A stretch of DNA of 54,656 nt from Spirochaetia bacterium (GTDB lineage Bacteria; Spirochaetota; Spirochaetia; SZUA-6; Fen-1364), in assembly GCA_052144915.1 (NCBI GenBank), contig JBKQPS010000026.1, positions 1-54,656 of the forward strand, in the 5' to 3' direction. Shown here piece after piece: positions 17,351-29,083 of this stretch (within the stretch, counting starts at the first letter, position 1; every line of letters begins with the position of its first letter). A program made the position numbers and the translations under genes. The notes under the pieces were generated by a model that saw nothing but the letters and a program-made list of their open reading frames with translations, made no database searches and was not told the DNA's origin.

Positions 17351-19177
17351 ATGGCCAAGACCAAGATCGCGTACGACGAAAACGCCATCCAGACCCTCGA
17401 TGCCCTGGAGCACATCCGCCTGCGGACAGGCATGTACATCGGACGCCTGGGTGACGGAACCAACCCGATGGACGGGATCTACATCCTCTTGAAGGAAGTG
17501 ATCGACAACAGCGTGGACGAGTTCATCATGGGCCAGGGGAAGGTGATCGAGATCTCCCGAAAGAAGGAGTCGATGGCCGTGCGCGACTACGGCCGTGGCA
17601 TCCCGCTAGGCAAGGTCATCGACTGCGTGAGCAAGGTGAACACCGGCGGCAAGTTCAACGACGACGTCTTCCAGTTTTCCGTCGGCCTGAACGGAATCGG
17701 CACAAAGGCGGTGAACGCCCTCTCGGCCGAGTTCGAGGTCGTGAGCTTCCGGGAGGGGAAATACCTCCAGGGGCTGTTCCGGGAGGGGAAGCTCATCACC
17801 CAGAAGGAAGGCCGGGACCCGAAGGCGAAAACCGGCACCCTCGTGCGATTCACCCCTGACCCGAAGATCTTCACGACCTACGACTGGAAAGACGAGTTCA
17901 TCCTCAAGCGGCTGCGCTACTACTCCTACCTCAACGGCGGGCTGCGCTTCCACTACAACGGGGAGACGGTCCAGAGCCAGGGCGGGCTCCTTGATCTGCT
18001 GGCCGAGGAAATCGGCGAGGAGTCGACCCATTACCAGATCGCCCATCACCGGAGCGCGCGCCTGGAGTTCGCCTTTACGCACACGGCGAACTACGGGGAG
18101 AACTATTTCAGCTTCGTGAACGGCCAGTTCACCACGGACGGCGGCACGCACCAGACCGCGTTCCGCCTCGGCGTGCTGAAGGCCATCGACGAGTACGGGG
18201 GAGTGAACTTCGCGGCAGAGGACGTCCGCGAAGGGATGATCGGGGCGGTGGCCATCAAGATCAAGGACCCCGTGTTCGAAAGCCAGACCAAGCACAAGCT
18301 GGGCAACAACGAGATCCGCGCCTGGGTTGCGGAGGAGGTCAAGCAGCAGACCCTCACCTGGCTGCACAGGAACGAGGGAGAAGCGAAGAAGCTGCTGGAA
18401 AAAATCAAGTCCAACGAGCGCATCCGCAAGGAGCTGTCCACGATCAAGAAGCAGGCGCGGGAGATGGCGCGCAAGGTGGAGATCCACATCCCGAAGCTCA
18501 CCGACAGCAAGGTTCACTACGACGACGCGAAGGACGGCCGGCGGGAAGAGACCAGCATCTTCCTCACGGAAGGGGACTCGGCGGGAGGCCCCATGATCCA
18601 GTCGCGGGACGTGCACACGCAGGCGATCTTCTCCCTGCGCGGGAAGCCGTTGAACGTGTACGGCCTGAAACGGGACACGGTGTACAAGAACGAGGAGCTG
18701 TACAACATCATGCGCGCCCTCGGCATCGAGGACGGCCTGGAGGGACTGCGCTACAACAAGGTCATCATCGCCACGGACGCCGACGTGGACGGCATGCACA
18801 TCAGAAACCTGCTCCTCACCTACTTCCTGCACTACTTCGAGGAGCTCGTGCTGAAGGGCCACGTCTACCTGCTGGAGACGCCGCTGTTCCGCGTGCGCGA
18901 CAAGAAGGAAACCGTCTACTGCTACAGCGAGCAGGAAAGGGACGCCGCCACCGCCCGGCTTCCGACCGCCGAGATCACGCGGTTCAAGGGGCTGGGAGAG
19001 ATCAGCCCGAAGGAGTTCAAGCAGTTCATGGGGGACGACATCCGTCTCACCGAGGTGCAGATCCAGTCCATGGGGAGCGTGCACAGGACGCTGGAGTTCC
19101 TCATGGGAAAGAACACGCCGGAGCGGAAGAAGTTCATCGTCAACAACCTCGTCGCCGACGTCCTGCAGGGGGCCTGA
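17351..19177 (+). CDS. parE: DNA topoisomerase IV subunit B
   Basis: EHIRLRTGMYIG, EVIDNSVDE, DYGRGIP, GLNGIG, TEGDSA, LRGKPLN, TDADVDG, RFKGLGE; about 608 aa; paired with a short A subunit. Confidence 0.88.
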   Translation: MAKTKIAYDENAIQTLDALEHIRLRTGMYIGRLGDGTNPMDGIYILLKEVIDNSVDEFIMGQGKVIEISRKKESMAVRDYGRGIPLGKVIDCVSKVNTGGKFNDDVFQFSVGLNGIGTKAVNALSAEFEVVSFREGKYLQGLFREGKLITQKEGRDPKAKTGTLVRFTPDPKIFTTYDWKDEFILKRLRYYSYLNGGLRFHYNGETVQSQGGLLDLLAEEIGEESTHYQIAHHRSARLEFAFTHTANYGENYFSFVNGQFTTDGGTHQTAFRLGVLKAIDEYGGVNFAAEDVREGMIGAVAIKIKDPVFESQTKHKLGNNEIRAWVAEEVKQQTLTWLHRNEGEAKKLLEKIKSNERIRKELSTIKKQAREMARKVEIHIPKLTDSKVHYDDAKDGRREETSIFLTEGDSAGGPMIQSRDVHTQAIFSLRGKPLNVYGLKRDTVYKNEELYNIMRALGIEDGLEGLRYNKVIIATDADVDGMHIRNLLLTYFLHYFEELVLKGHVYLLETPLFRVRDKKETVYCYSEQERDAATARLPTAEITRFKGLGEISPKEFKQFMGDDIRLTEVQIQSMGSVHRTLEFLMGKNTPERKKFIVNNLVADVLQGA

Positions 19178-19178
19178 C

Positions 19179-21092
19179 GTGGGCCTGCTGAAGCCCCTCA
19201 TGGAAAAGAACTTCCTCGAGTACGCCAGCTACGTGATCATGGACCGCGCCATCCCCGACCTGCGCGACGGGTGCAAACCCGTCCAGAGGCGCATCCTGCA
19301 CACGCTCGCGGAGATGCACGACGGGAAATTCCACAAGGTGGCGAACGTCATCGGGGAATGCATGAAGCTGCACCCCCACGGGGATGCCTCCATTGGCGAT
19401 GCCCTGGTGGTCCTGGCGAACAAGGAATACTTCATCGAGAAGCAGGGAAACTTCGGCAACATCCTCACCGGCCACGCCGCCGCGGCCTCGCGCTACACGG
19501 AATGCCGGCTCACCCCCCTCGCGGTGGAAACGCTCTTCAACAAGGCCCTCACGGATTTCATTCCCAGCTACGACGGCAGGCGGCAGGAGCCCCGCGCGCT
19601 CCCCGCGAAGGTCCCCGTGCTCCTGATGCTCGGCGCCGAGGGAATCGCGGTGGGCATGTCCACCACCATCCTGCCGCACAACTTCATCGAGCTCCTGCGG
19701 GCCCAGGTCGCGATCCTGCGCGACGAGGAATACAGCCTCGCCCCGGACTTTCTCCAGGGCGGCACGATCGACGTCTCGGAATACGACGACGGGAGGGGAA
19801 GGATCCGGGTCCGGGCCCGGATCGAGAAGGTATCCGGCTCCCAGAAGCTCGTGATCCGCGACGTGCCGTGGTCCACCACGACGACGAGCCTCATCGCCTC
19901 CATCGAGGGCGCGGTGCAGAAGGGAAAGGTGAGCGCGAGCACCATCAGCGACTTCACCGCGGACAAGGTGGAGATCGAGCTGCACCTCTCCCGGGGCGCG
20001 ACGGCGGAGACCGTCATCGACCAGCTCTACGCGCACACCGACTGCGAAGTGCCGATCAACTCCAACATCGTGGTGATCCGCAACGACCGCCCCGTCGAAA
20101 TCACCGTCTCCGAGTACCTGAAGGAGTTCACCGGCATACTGAAGAAGCAGGTCAAGGCGGAGCTGGAGCACGAGCTGTCGAACCTGGAAGATCGCCGCCA
20201 CTGGCTCACCCTGGAACAGGTCTTCATCGAGAACAGGGTCTACAAGAACATCGAGAAAGCCACGACGGAAGAGGCGGTGAAAAAGCAGGTGTTCGACGGG
20301 ATGAAGCCCTTCCGGAAGCTCTTCGTGCGGGCCATGACGAACGAGGACGTCTCGCGCCTGCTGGATCTCCGGATCCGCCGCATCTCCGCGTATGACATCC
20401 GCAGGAACCGCGGGGAGATCGACGACATCGTGGCGGCCATCCGCGCGTGCAACGCGAAGCTGAAGAACCTCACGAAGACGACGATCGCCTGGCTGAACGG
20501 GCTGATCGCAAAATACGCCGACCAGTACCCCCGCCGCACGGTGGTGGAAACCTTCCACACCGTGGACAAGGTGGCCGTGGCCCGGGCGAACATCCGCCTC
20601 AGCTACGACCGCGATGCCGGCTACTTCGGTTCCTCCATGAGAGGCTCCGAGTTCGTCATGAACGTCACCGAGTACGACCGCATCCTCATCGTCACGGCGG
20701 ACGGCACCTACCGCATCACGGCCCCCCCCGAAAAGGCGTGGATGCCGGGGCCGATCCTGCACGCGTCCGTCTGGGACCCCCGCAAAGGCGAGCATTTCGT
20801 GCTCGTCTATCGGGATTCCGGAAAGATCGCCTGGGGCAAGCGCGTGCACATCGAGCGGTTCATCACGAACAAGACCTACTCCCTGGTGAAAGAAGGGGCG
20901 CTGGGCATCGATTTCCTCTCGGAAAAGCGAAACCCCGGCGTTCTGCAGCTCACCATGGTCCCCATGAAGCGTCAGAAGGTGAAGGCGGTCACCGTGGACC
21001 TCGGGAAGGTCCCGGCGTGCGGGCTGGCTGCCCGCGGCTTGAAGCTCTCCCAGAAAGCGGTCCAGCGCATGGAGCTCACGCCAAAGAAGTAG
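19179..21092 (+). CDS. parC: DNA topoisomerase IV subunit A
   Basis: RAIPDLRDGCKPVQRR, HPHGD, QGNFG, catalytic ASRYTE; short C-terminal domain with no GyrA box seen. Confidence 0.88.
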   Translation: MGLLKPLMEKNFLEYASYVIMDRAIPDLRDGCKPVQRRILHTLAEMHDGKFHKVANVIGECMKLHPHGDASIGDALVVLANKEYFIEKQGNFGNILTGHAAAASRYTECRLTPLAVETLFNKALTDFIPSYDGRRQEPRALPAKVPVLLMLGAEGIAVGMSTTILPHNFIELLRAQVAILRDEEYSLAPDFLQGGTIDVSEYDDGRGRIRVRARIEKVSGSQKLVIRDVPWSTTTTSLIASIEGAVQKGKVSASTISDFTADKVEIELHLSRGATAETVIDQLYAHTDCEVPINSNIVVIRNDRPVEITVSEYLKEFTGILKKQVKAELEHELSNLEDRRHWLTLEQVFIENRVYKNIEKATTEEAVKKQVFDGMKPFRKLFVRAMTNEDVSRLLDLRIRRISAYDIRRNRGEIDDIVAAIRACNAKLKNLTKTTIAWLNGLIAKYADQYPRRTVVETFHTVDKVAVARANIRLSYDRDAGYFGSSMRGSEFVMNVTEYDRILIVTADGTYRITAPPEKAWMPGPILHASVWDPRKGEHFVLVYRDSGKIAWGKRVHIERFITNKTYSLVKEGALGIDFLSEKRNPGVLQLTMVPMKRQKVKAVTVDLGKVPACGLAARGLKLSQKAVQRMELTPKK

Positions 21093-21110
21093 AGCCTCCC
21101 GCGCGCGGCG

Positions 21111-22775
21111 TCACATGTCCCGGTATTTCGGACCGTCGCCTCCATACGGCGTGGACCAGGTGACATTCGAAAACGGATCCCGAATATCGCACGTCTTGCA
21201 GTGGATGCAGTTGGCCGAATGCAGCGTGAGGACGTTTCTGCCGGTCCAGTGGTGCGCGCCGATCTCGAAGACCTGCGCAGGGCAGAAATACTGGCACGGA
21301 CCGCCGCGGACCTCGATGCATTCCTCGCACACCTCCGGCCGGGGAACGCGGATGTGGGGCGGCTGCTCTTCGTCGTGCCTCGTGCCGGAAAAATAGAGCG
21401 CTGTTTCCTTGTCGAAGGATATCCTCTTGTCGAAGGATGCCCCGTTGCCGAAAGCCCTGCCGTTCGCGGCACCCGCGCGCGCGCACCACGCGCGGTCTTC
21501 CTCCATCGTGAGCCGCCCGCGGAAAGACAGGCCCCGACCGCCGGTCGCCAGCTGCACGCCGAACCGCAGACCGCCGAGAACGAGGTTCCGCGCGAAGCCC
21601 TGTCGGAAATTGCGGACGGGATGCAGCTCCCGGTGGGCGGCGCTCTCCCGGAAGAGCTTTTCATAGAGCACCAGCTGCGTGCGGGAAGTGTCATTGTTGC
21701 GGAAAGCATCGAGGGCTGCCCGGGCGGCGAGCATCCCGGACCGCATGGCCAGATGCACGCCTTTGAGGCTCGGCATGGCGAGGAACCCGGCCGCGTCGCC
21801 GACGATCATCACATTGTCGTGGCACAGCCGCGGCAGGGCGAAAAGCCCGCCTTCCGGGATGGTCTTGGCCCCGTAGCGGGCGAGCTTCCCGTCCCGGATG
21901 ATGGCGGTCACGAAGGGGTGTGCCTTGTACATCTGCAGCGCGCGATGCGTATCGAAGGTGGGGTCGGCGATGTCCAGGCTGGACACCACGCCGATCGCCA
22001 CCTGCCGGGCGGAGAGGCCGTAGATGAACCCGCCTCCGAACTGGTCGAGGGCGAGCGGATACCCCAGCGAGTGGACGACCCTGCCCTTCTGGAATGCGCC
22101 TTCGGGGATGTCCCAGACTTCCTTGACGCCGAGGGAATACACCTGCGGGTTGCTTCCCCGGGCAAGGTCGAAGTGCCGGACGAGGTCCCTCGTGAGGTTC
22201 CCGCGCGCGCCGTCGGCGAGGATGATGAGCTTTGCGTGCACGTCCGTGGGCGGCTGATAGTTGACCCGCCGGTTGCCCCGCGCGTCGATGCCGGTGGCGT
22301 TGGTGCGGATGCCGGCGAGCCTGCCCTCACGAAACAGCAGCTCCTGCGCGCTCATGCCGGTCAGGATCTCCACGCCCCTGCTTTCGGCGATCCGGGACAT
22401 CCATCGCACCAGCTTTCCGAGGGTGACGATGGAATTGCCCCTGTTGGACATGTACGGCGGATGGAAGGGAAGCCGGAATGCCCTCTGCCGGGTGAAGATC
22501 ATGGTGTCGTCCTGGACGACAGGCGTTTCGAACGGAAAGTCGGCCTCGGCGACTTCCGGCAGCAGCTCGCGCAAGGCCGCGGGATTGACGATCGCTCCGG
22601 AAAGGGTGTGATCGCCGACGGCACCGCCTTTCTCCAGCACCAGGACGCTCGACGGAAGCCGGACGCCATTCGCATTGTGCGCACGGGCCAGATCCATGTA
22701 GTGAATGGCGAAGGCGAGCCCGGCCGGCCCCGAGCCTATGACGAGGATGTCCGTCTCGACGACGGGATTGCCCAT
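21111..22775 (-). CDS. electron transfer flavoprotein-quinone oxidoreductase (FixCX-like fusion)
   Basis: IGSGPAG, LSGA, GVKEVW, YGAKTIPEGG, GDAAG, C-terminal CPAQVFE and NCIHCKTCDI Fe-S motif; start ATG 22775. Confidence 0.92.
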   Translation of the reverse strand: MGNPVVETDILVIGSGPAGLAFAIHYMDLARAHNANGVRLPSSVLVLEKGGAVGDHTLSGAIVNPAALRELLPEVAEADFPFETPVVQDDTMIFTRQRAFRLPFHPPYMSNRGNSIVTLGKLVRWMSRIAESRGVEILTGMSAQELLFREGRLAGIRTNATGIDARGNRRVNYQPPTDVHAKLIILADGARGNLTRDLVRHFDLARGSNPQVYSLGVKEVWDIPEGAFQKGRVVHSLGYPLALDQFGGGFIYGLSARQVAIGVVSSLDIADPTFDTHRALQMYKAHPFVTAIIRDGKLARYGAKTIPEGGLFALPRLCHDNVMIVGDAAGFLAMPSLKGVHLAMRSGMLAARAALDAFRNNDTSRTQLVLYEKLFRESAAHRELHPVRNFRQGFARNLVLGGLRFGVQLATGGRGLSFRGRLTMEEDRAWCARAGAANGRAFGNGASFDKRISFDKETALYFSGTRHDEEQPPHIRVPRPEVCEECIEVRGGPCQYFCPAQVFEIGAHHWTGRNVLTLHSANCIHCKTCDIRDPFSNVTWSTPYGGDGPKYRDM

Positions 22776-22950
22776 GACGACTTCTCTCCTGGACGCACCT
22801 TTTGAACACACGAGACTTGCACATTGCACCTGAAATGGCAAGGCGTCGTGAACCCGAGTCCCGAACCCGCCCCGACAGCAGAAATGGACTCCCCGGTTCC
22901 GCCTCGCTATATTTGACTGCCGGTCGGGAAACGCCGGCGCAGGAGGCGGC

Positions 22951-24141
22951 ATGGCATCGAATCACGGCGTCATCTATCTCGGCCCCGGTCGCGTCGAGGT
23001 GCAGTCGATCGATTTCCCGAAGCTCGCGCTGGGCACCCGCACGTGCGAGCACGGCGTCATTCTGAAGGTCGTTTCCACGAACATCTGCGGCAGCGACCAG
23101 CACATGGTCCGCGGCCGCACGACCGCGCAACCGGGGCTGGTGCTCGGGCACGAGATCACCGGCGAGGTGATCGAGGCCGGCCGCGACGTGGAATTCATCA
23201 AGGTCGGTGACCTGTGCTCGGTGCCCTTCAACATTGCCTGCGGGCGCTGCCGCAACTGCAAGGAGGGCAGGACCGGCATCTGCCTCAACGTGAACCCCTC
23301 CCGGCCCGGGGCCGCCTACGGGTACGTCGACATGGGGGGATGGGTGGGGGGCCAGGCCGAGTACGTCATGGTGCCGTACGCGGACTTCAACCTGCTGCGG
23401 TTCCCGGACAAGCAGCAGGCCATGGCGAAAATCCGGGACCTGACGCTGCTTTCCGACATCTTCCCCACGGGGTACCACGGCGCGGTGAGCGCGGGGGTGG
23501 GGCCCGGATCCATCGTGTACGTTGCCGGCGGGGGACCGGTGGGCCTGGCGTGCGCGGCCGCCTGTCACCTGCTGGGCGCGGCGTGCGTCATCGTCGGAGA
23601 CATGATCCCCGAGCGCCTGGAACAGGCGCGCAGCTTTGGGTGCGAGGCGATCGACCTGCGGAAGCCGGCCACGCTGGCCGAGCAGATCGAGCAGATCGTC
23701 GGTGTGCCAGAAGTCGACTGCGGGGTGGACTGCGTGGGCTTCGAGGCGCGTGGCCACGGCAAGGACGCGGCGGTAGAGCGCCCGGCAACGGTGCTGAACT
23801 CGCTCATGGAAGTCACCCGCGCCGGGGGTGGCCTCGGGATTCCCGGGCTGTACGTGACGGGAGATCCAGGGGGCGTGGATGCGAACGCGAAAATCGGCAA
23901 CCTCGGGATCCGCATCGGTCTCGGCTGGGCAAAATCCCATACTTTTGCGACGGGGCAGTGCCCGGTGATGAAATACAATCGGGCCCTCATGCAGGCGATC
24001 TTTTTCGAGAAGATCCAGATCGCCAAGGCGGTGAACGCAACCGTGATCCCTCTCGCGGATGCGCCGCGCGGCTACCGCGACTTCGACAAGGGCGCGGCGG
24101 CGAAGTTCATCCTCGATCCGCACGGCTTGCTTTCGGCCTGA
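22951..24141 (+). CDS. fdhA: glutathione-independent formaldehyde dehydrogenase
   Basis: STNICGSDQHMVRGRT, GHEITGE, CGRCRNC, LSDIFPTGYH, DCVGFEARGHG, PGLYVT; RBS AGGAGG. Confidence 0.93.
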   Translation: MASNHGVIYLGPGRVEVQSIDFPKLALGTRTCEHGVILKVVSTNICGSDQHMVRGRTTAQPGLVLGHEITGEVIEAGRDVEFIKVGDLCSVPFNIACGRCRNCKEGRTGICLNVNPSRPGAAYGYVDMGGWVGGQAEYVMVPYADFNLLRFPDKQQAMAKIRDLTLLSDIFPTGYHGAVSAGVGPGSIVYVAGGGPVGLACAAACHLLGAACVIVGDMIPERLEQARSFGCEAIDLRKPATLAEQIEQIVGVPEVDCGVDCVGFEARGHGKDAAVERPATVLNSLMEVTRAGGGLGIPGLYVTGDPGGVDANAKIGNLGIRIGLGWAKSHTFATGQCPVMKYNRALMQAIFFEKIQIAKAVNATVIPLADAPRGYRDFDKGAAAKFILDPHGLLSA

Positions 24142-24259
24142 AGGCGAGCGGTCGGCGGTTCTCTCTCATACTTGACCAGACAGGCGGTTCGCCAGAACTG
24201 ACCGGTTCCCGTCTCTGTGGCATACTCGGGGCAGAGAACGTTCTCTGAAGGAGACACGT

Positions 24260-25267
24260 ATGGCCGCCGCCTCGCTTCCGGACCTGCTGGATGGCGCCTT
24301 TCAGATGATCGGGCGGACGTGGAAGACCGCCCTGATCCTCGGAGGGGTCCTCTTCGCCCCCGCGGCCTGGTTCATGAGCCTGTCGTACTCGCGGATCTTC
24401 GGCAACTACATCAGGCTGCTTTCCCTCGCCGGAAGGCACGGCTCCGGCATGAGGCACATGCTTGTTTCCCTCGGGGTGACCTACGCATGGCTGATCGCCG
24501 CCTCTGCAATACTCGGCCTGGTGACCCTCTTCGTGCGCGCGTGCCTGATCCTCCACACGTGGCACGCGGTCAACGGCCGCTCCCCGCGCCTGGGAGAGAT
24601 CGTACGGACGGTCCTCCGCGCCCGCATCCTGAGGCTCATCGCGCAGCGTCTTCTCGTGTACGCCATTCTCGCGGCGGTGTGGGTCCCGGTCGCGGTCCTC
24701 GCGGGAGCCGGGGCAGGAATCGCCGCCACCACCGGCTCGATCGCCGTCGCGGTGATTGTTGCCTCCGCGCTCACGGCCGGCGGGTGCGGCGTGTCGGTCT
24801 GGCTGGCCGTGCGATTTTCCCTGGCTCGCGAGGCGATGGTGATCGATGCGCTGAAGGTGGACGACAGCCTGGAGGAGAGCTCCCGGATCGTCTCCCGGTC
24901 CTGGTGGCGCGTTTTCGGCCTGGTCCTTCTCATCACGCTGATCGTCAGCTTTGCCGCGTCCCTGGTCTCGGCGCCCATCGTCCTGTTCTCCCTGCTGCCC
25001 GCCTACGTCCGACTCTACCAGGCGCTCCTCTCCGGCACGGTGAAATCGGGCGCGTGGCTTGCGACGTTTTTCCGGGCGTTTGCGCACATGGGATGGAGGC
25101 TGGGGCTGGGGACCTACCTGAGCTGCCTGCTGAGCGCTTTCGTGCTCCCCGGCTTCATGACACTCCTTTTCCTGGACCTCAAGACCCGCGCCGGGTCGGC
25201 AGAAGGAGGACAGGAACCGCCGCCCGCCGCCGCCCCGGAAGCGGAGGCGCCGCGAGGATCGCCGTGA
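24260..25267 (+). CDS. hypothetical integral membrane protein
   Basis: About 7 hydrophobic segments; RBS AAGGAG; SLEESSRIVSRSWWRVFG motif common in uncharacterised membrane proteins. Confidence 0.75.
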   Translation: MAAASLPDLLDGAFQMIGRTWKTALILGGVLFAPAAWFMSLSYSRIFGNYIRLLSLAGRHGSGMRHMLVSLGVTYAWLIAASAILGLVTLFVRACLILHTWHAVNGRSPRLGEIVRTVLRARILRLIAQRLLVYAILAAVWVPVAVLAGAGAGIAATTGSIAVAVIVASALTAGGCGVSVWLAVRFSLAREAMVIDALKVDDSLEESSRIVSRSWWRVFGLVLLITLIVSFAASLVSAPIVLFSLLPAYVRLYQALLSGTVKSGAWLATFFRAFAHMGWRLGLGTYLSCLLSAFVLPGFMTLLFLDLKTRAGSAEGGQEPPPAAAPEAEAPRGSP

Positions 25268-26183
25268 GGCAGGATGATCCCGCGCTGATCGGCAGCTGGG
25301 AAAAGCCGGGCAGGTCTCCGATCGCCGCGGCCTTCAGCCTGGTCCTGACCGTGGGGAGCCTGTATTTCGCGGCCGGCTCCGTGGTGATGCTGCCCATCAC
25401 CATCGTGACGATGGCCCGGGACGCGTCGTGGGCCGCGGGCAGAACCTTCATCGAAGTCGTGGAAAGGTACTACAGCAGGCTCCAGGTCCCGATCCTCGCG
25501 GTCACCTCGCTCGCCCAGTTCGGGATCCTGCTTGCACTTACCCTTTTTCTCGTCCGACACTGGCACACGCGGGCAATCGGCAACTACATGGGGTACCGGG
25601 CGCCCCTGGCGATCGATTTTGCCCTCGCTGCCGCGGGCGCGGTCGCGATGGTGCCCCTGGCCGGCCTCCTGAGCGCATGGTACTACCACTTTTTCCCGGT
25701 TCTGCGCCAGATCAGCCGCGCGAGCTCGCTCCTGTTGGCCGCGCAAACGCCCGGCCAGGCGGTGCTGGTGGTTTTCAGCATCGCCGTGACTCCCGCGGTC
25801 TGCGAGGAGGCGCTCTTCCGCGGCTATTTCCTGAGCACTCTCCGCCGCCGGCTGAGCCCGTGGACGGCGATCACGCTCTCCGGCGTGGTATTTGCGTTGT
25901 ACCACAGGAGTCCTTTGAGCCTCCTCTCGCTCGTCCTGGCGGGCGTGTACCTCGGGTTCGTCTATCAGCGCACCGGGTCCCTGTACGTATCCATGGGCTG
26001 CCACTTCCTCTATAACCTCACGATTATTGCGCTCACGAATCTGCGGGGATCCGGCTTTCTCCTGGCCGAGGACCTCGATGGAAGGTCCCTGCTCGTGGCG
26101 ATGTCCGCAACGGTGGTTCTCGCCGCAGTGGTCGCCCTGATCCTCCTTCGGGCCAGCGCGCGGGGACGGCTCGCGCCCGGCGC

Positions 26184-26187
<4 letters not shown>
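25264..26187 (+). CDS. CPBP (CAAX/Abi) family intramembrane glutamic endopeptidase
   Basis: EEALFRG, FALYH, HFLYN motifs; GTG start overlaps the upstream stop (GTGA). Confidence 0.88.
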
Positions 26188-27707
<1,520 letters not shown>

Positions 27708-27752
27708 GTCGATCCTCCTTGCTTTCTCCCTGAAAAGTACTGACGATGCTGC

Positions 27753-27765
27753 GCTGGTTCAAATG
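27753..27765. repeat. 13-bp direct repeat, copy 1
   Basis: GCTGGTTCAAATG, identical to 36888-36900. Confidence 0.6.
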
Positions 27766-27868
27766 CGCGCGGGGGAACGCACGATGTGGGCATTCGAAGG
27801 ACTATCCAGACGGCGGGACGGGAACGGAGTGTACAAAGTCTATCCGAAATCTCCCGCGAGCGCGCTCG

Positions 27869-29023
27869 TCACGGTTTGATCACCACTTTCAAGCTGTCCG
27901 CTTCCATGGATTTGAGCAGCGCATCTTTCGCATGATCCAGAGAGAAAGTGTGTGAAATGAGCTCTTTGAAGGGTACAGTGGTCATCAACCGTTCGAACAT
28001 GCGAAGAACTTTCCCGTACTCGGTATAAGGATGATTCCCCACTCCGATAATTCGCACGTTTTTTGTGCATACTTGGCTGGATACATTGATCGAGGTTTCA
28101 CCTGTATCTACAAAATTGCCGAGTTCTATCAAAGTACCGACCCGCCGTAAATGATCGATACCTTCGGAAAATGCGGAAGGTTCGTTTGCACAGTCGACCG
28201 CCAGGTCGACGCCCAAACCATCTGTCAGCTGCCGGGTGAATTCCACTCGTTCCTTCCGGGAGGCGATCTCGTTCATGTCGATGATCGAGTCCGCCCCGAA
28301 TCGCTTGGCCGCGGCAAGACGGTAGGCCGACCAGTCCATTGCGATGATCTTGTCACATCCCATGATTCGAAGACGGATAATTGACAACAGGCCCAATGGT
28401 CCCACCCCGAGGACGAGAACAGACGGAAAAGTGCCGAAGCCAATGTTGGCAAGAGAGTAGACTTCCTTCGCGGCGCTGATTCCAAGAGTCACGGTGAAGA
28501 GCTCAGAAAGAACAGCAACGGTCGGAGGGACTGGCTCTGGAACCTTGTAGATAAATACCTCGTCGCCGAGATACATGTACTCTGCAAAACCGCCAAACAG
28601 GTGGGGCGGAGCAGCCGCGGTAAAGGCGTTCCCGTAGCCTTTGACATTGTCGCACCAGGGGTAGCCGTACGTATTTCGACAGTACCAGCAGTGGCCGCAG
28701 ATCACGTCCGGACACATCGTAATCCTGTCACCCACGTGAAGAACGTTTCCGTTGAAATCCTTCGTCGAATGCGCGCCGGAACAGATTTCTTCTATCACGC
28801 CGACATTTTCGTGCCCTTGGATGATCGGGAAAGGCGTCACGGATTCGGATTCTGACCCGGGGTACTGGCGGGTGTGCCCCAAGAAAGTGTGTTTATCCGT
28901 TCCGCAGATTCCCGCGAGCTCGGTTCTCACGATCAGACCGCTTTTTTGTCCCACCGGGTACGGGAAATCCCGGATGACTATCTGCTGCGGCGCTTCGAGA
29001 ACAGCTGCTCTGACAGACTTCAT
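27869..29023 (-). CDS. zinc-dependent (MDR) alcohol/polyol dehydrogenase
   Basis: GICGTD, GHE, CGHCWYC..C, GVGPLG; RBS AAGGAG before ATG 29023. Confidence 0.9.
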   Translation of the reverse strand: MKSVRAAVLEAPQQIVIRDFPYPVGQKSGLIVRTELAGICGTDKHTFLGHTRQYPGSESESVTPFPIIQGHENVGVIEEICSGAHSTKDFNGNVLHVGDRITMCPDVICGHCWYCRNTYGYPWCDNVKGYGNAFTAAAPPHLFGGFAEYMYLGDEVFIYKVPEPVPPTVAVLSELFTVTLGISAAKEVYSLANIGFGTFPSVLVLGVGPLGLLSIIRLRIMGCDKIIAMDWSAYRLAAAKRFGADSIIDMNEIASRKERVEFTRQLTDGLGVDLAVDCANEPSAFSEGIDHLRRVGTLIELGNFVDTGETSINVSSQVCTKNVRIIGVGNHPYTEYGKVLRMFERLMTTVPFKELISHTFSLDHAKDALLKSMEADSLKVVIKP

Positions 29024-29083
29024 ACCCAGCTCCTTGCCGCTTTCGACAGCGTTGGATGCTGCCATGATCCCCAGCCATTGAAT

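Noticed and set aside
17351-21092. Calling the pair gyrB/gyrA
   Set aside because: The A subunit is short with no GyrA box seen, which fits topoisomerase IV better.
24217-25263. N-terminal 349 aa of the 656-aa ORF as a fusion to the CPBP protease
   Set aside because: It overlaps the membrane protein 24260..25267 in another frame; the protease most plausibly starts at GTG 25264.
27753-27765. GGTTCAAAT as a tRNA T-loop, i.e. a tRNA gene or attB site (also at 36888-36900)
   Set aside because: No cloverleaf, T-stem closure or CCA end around either copy, and no integrase in the window.
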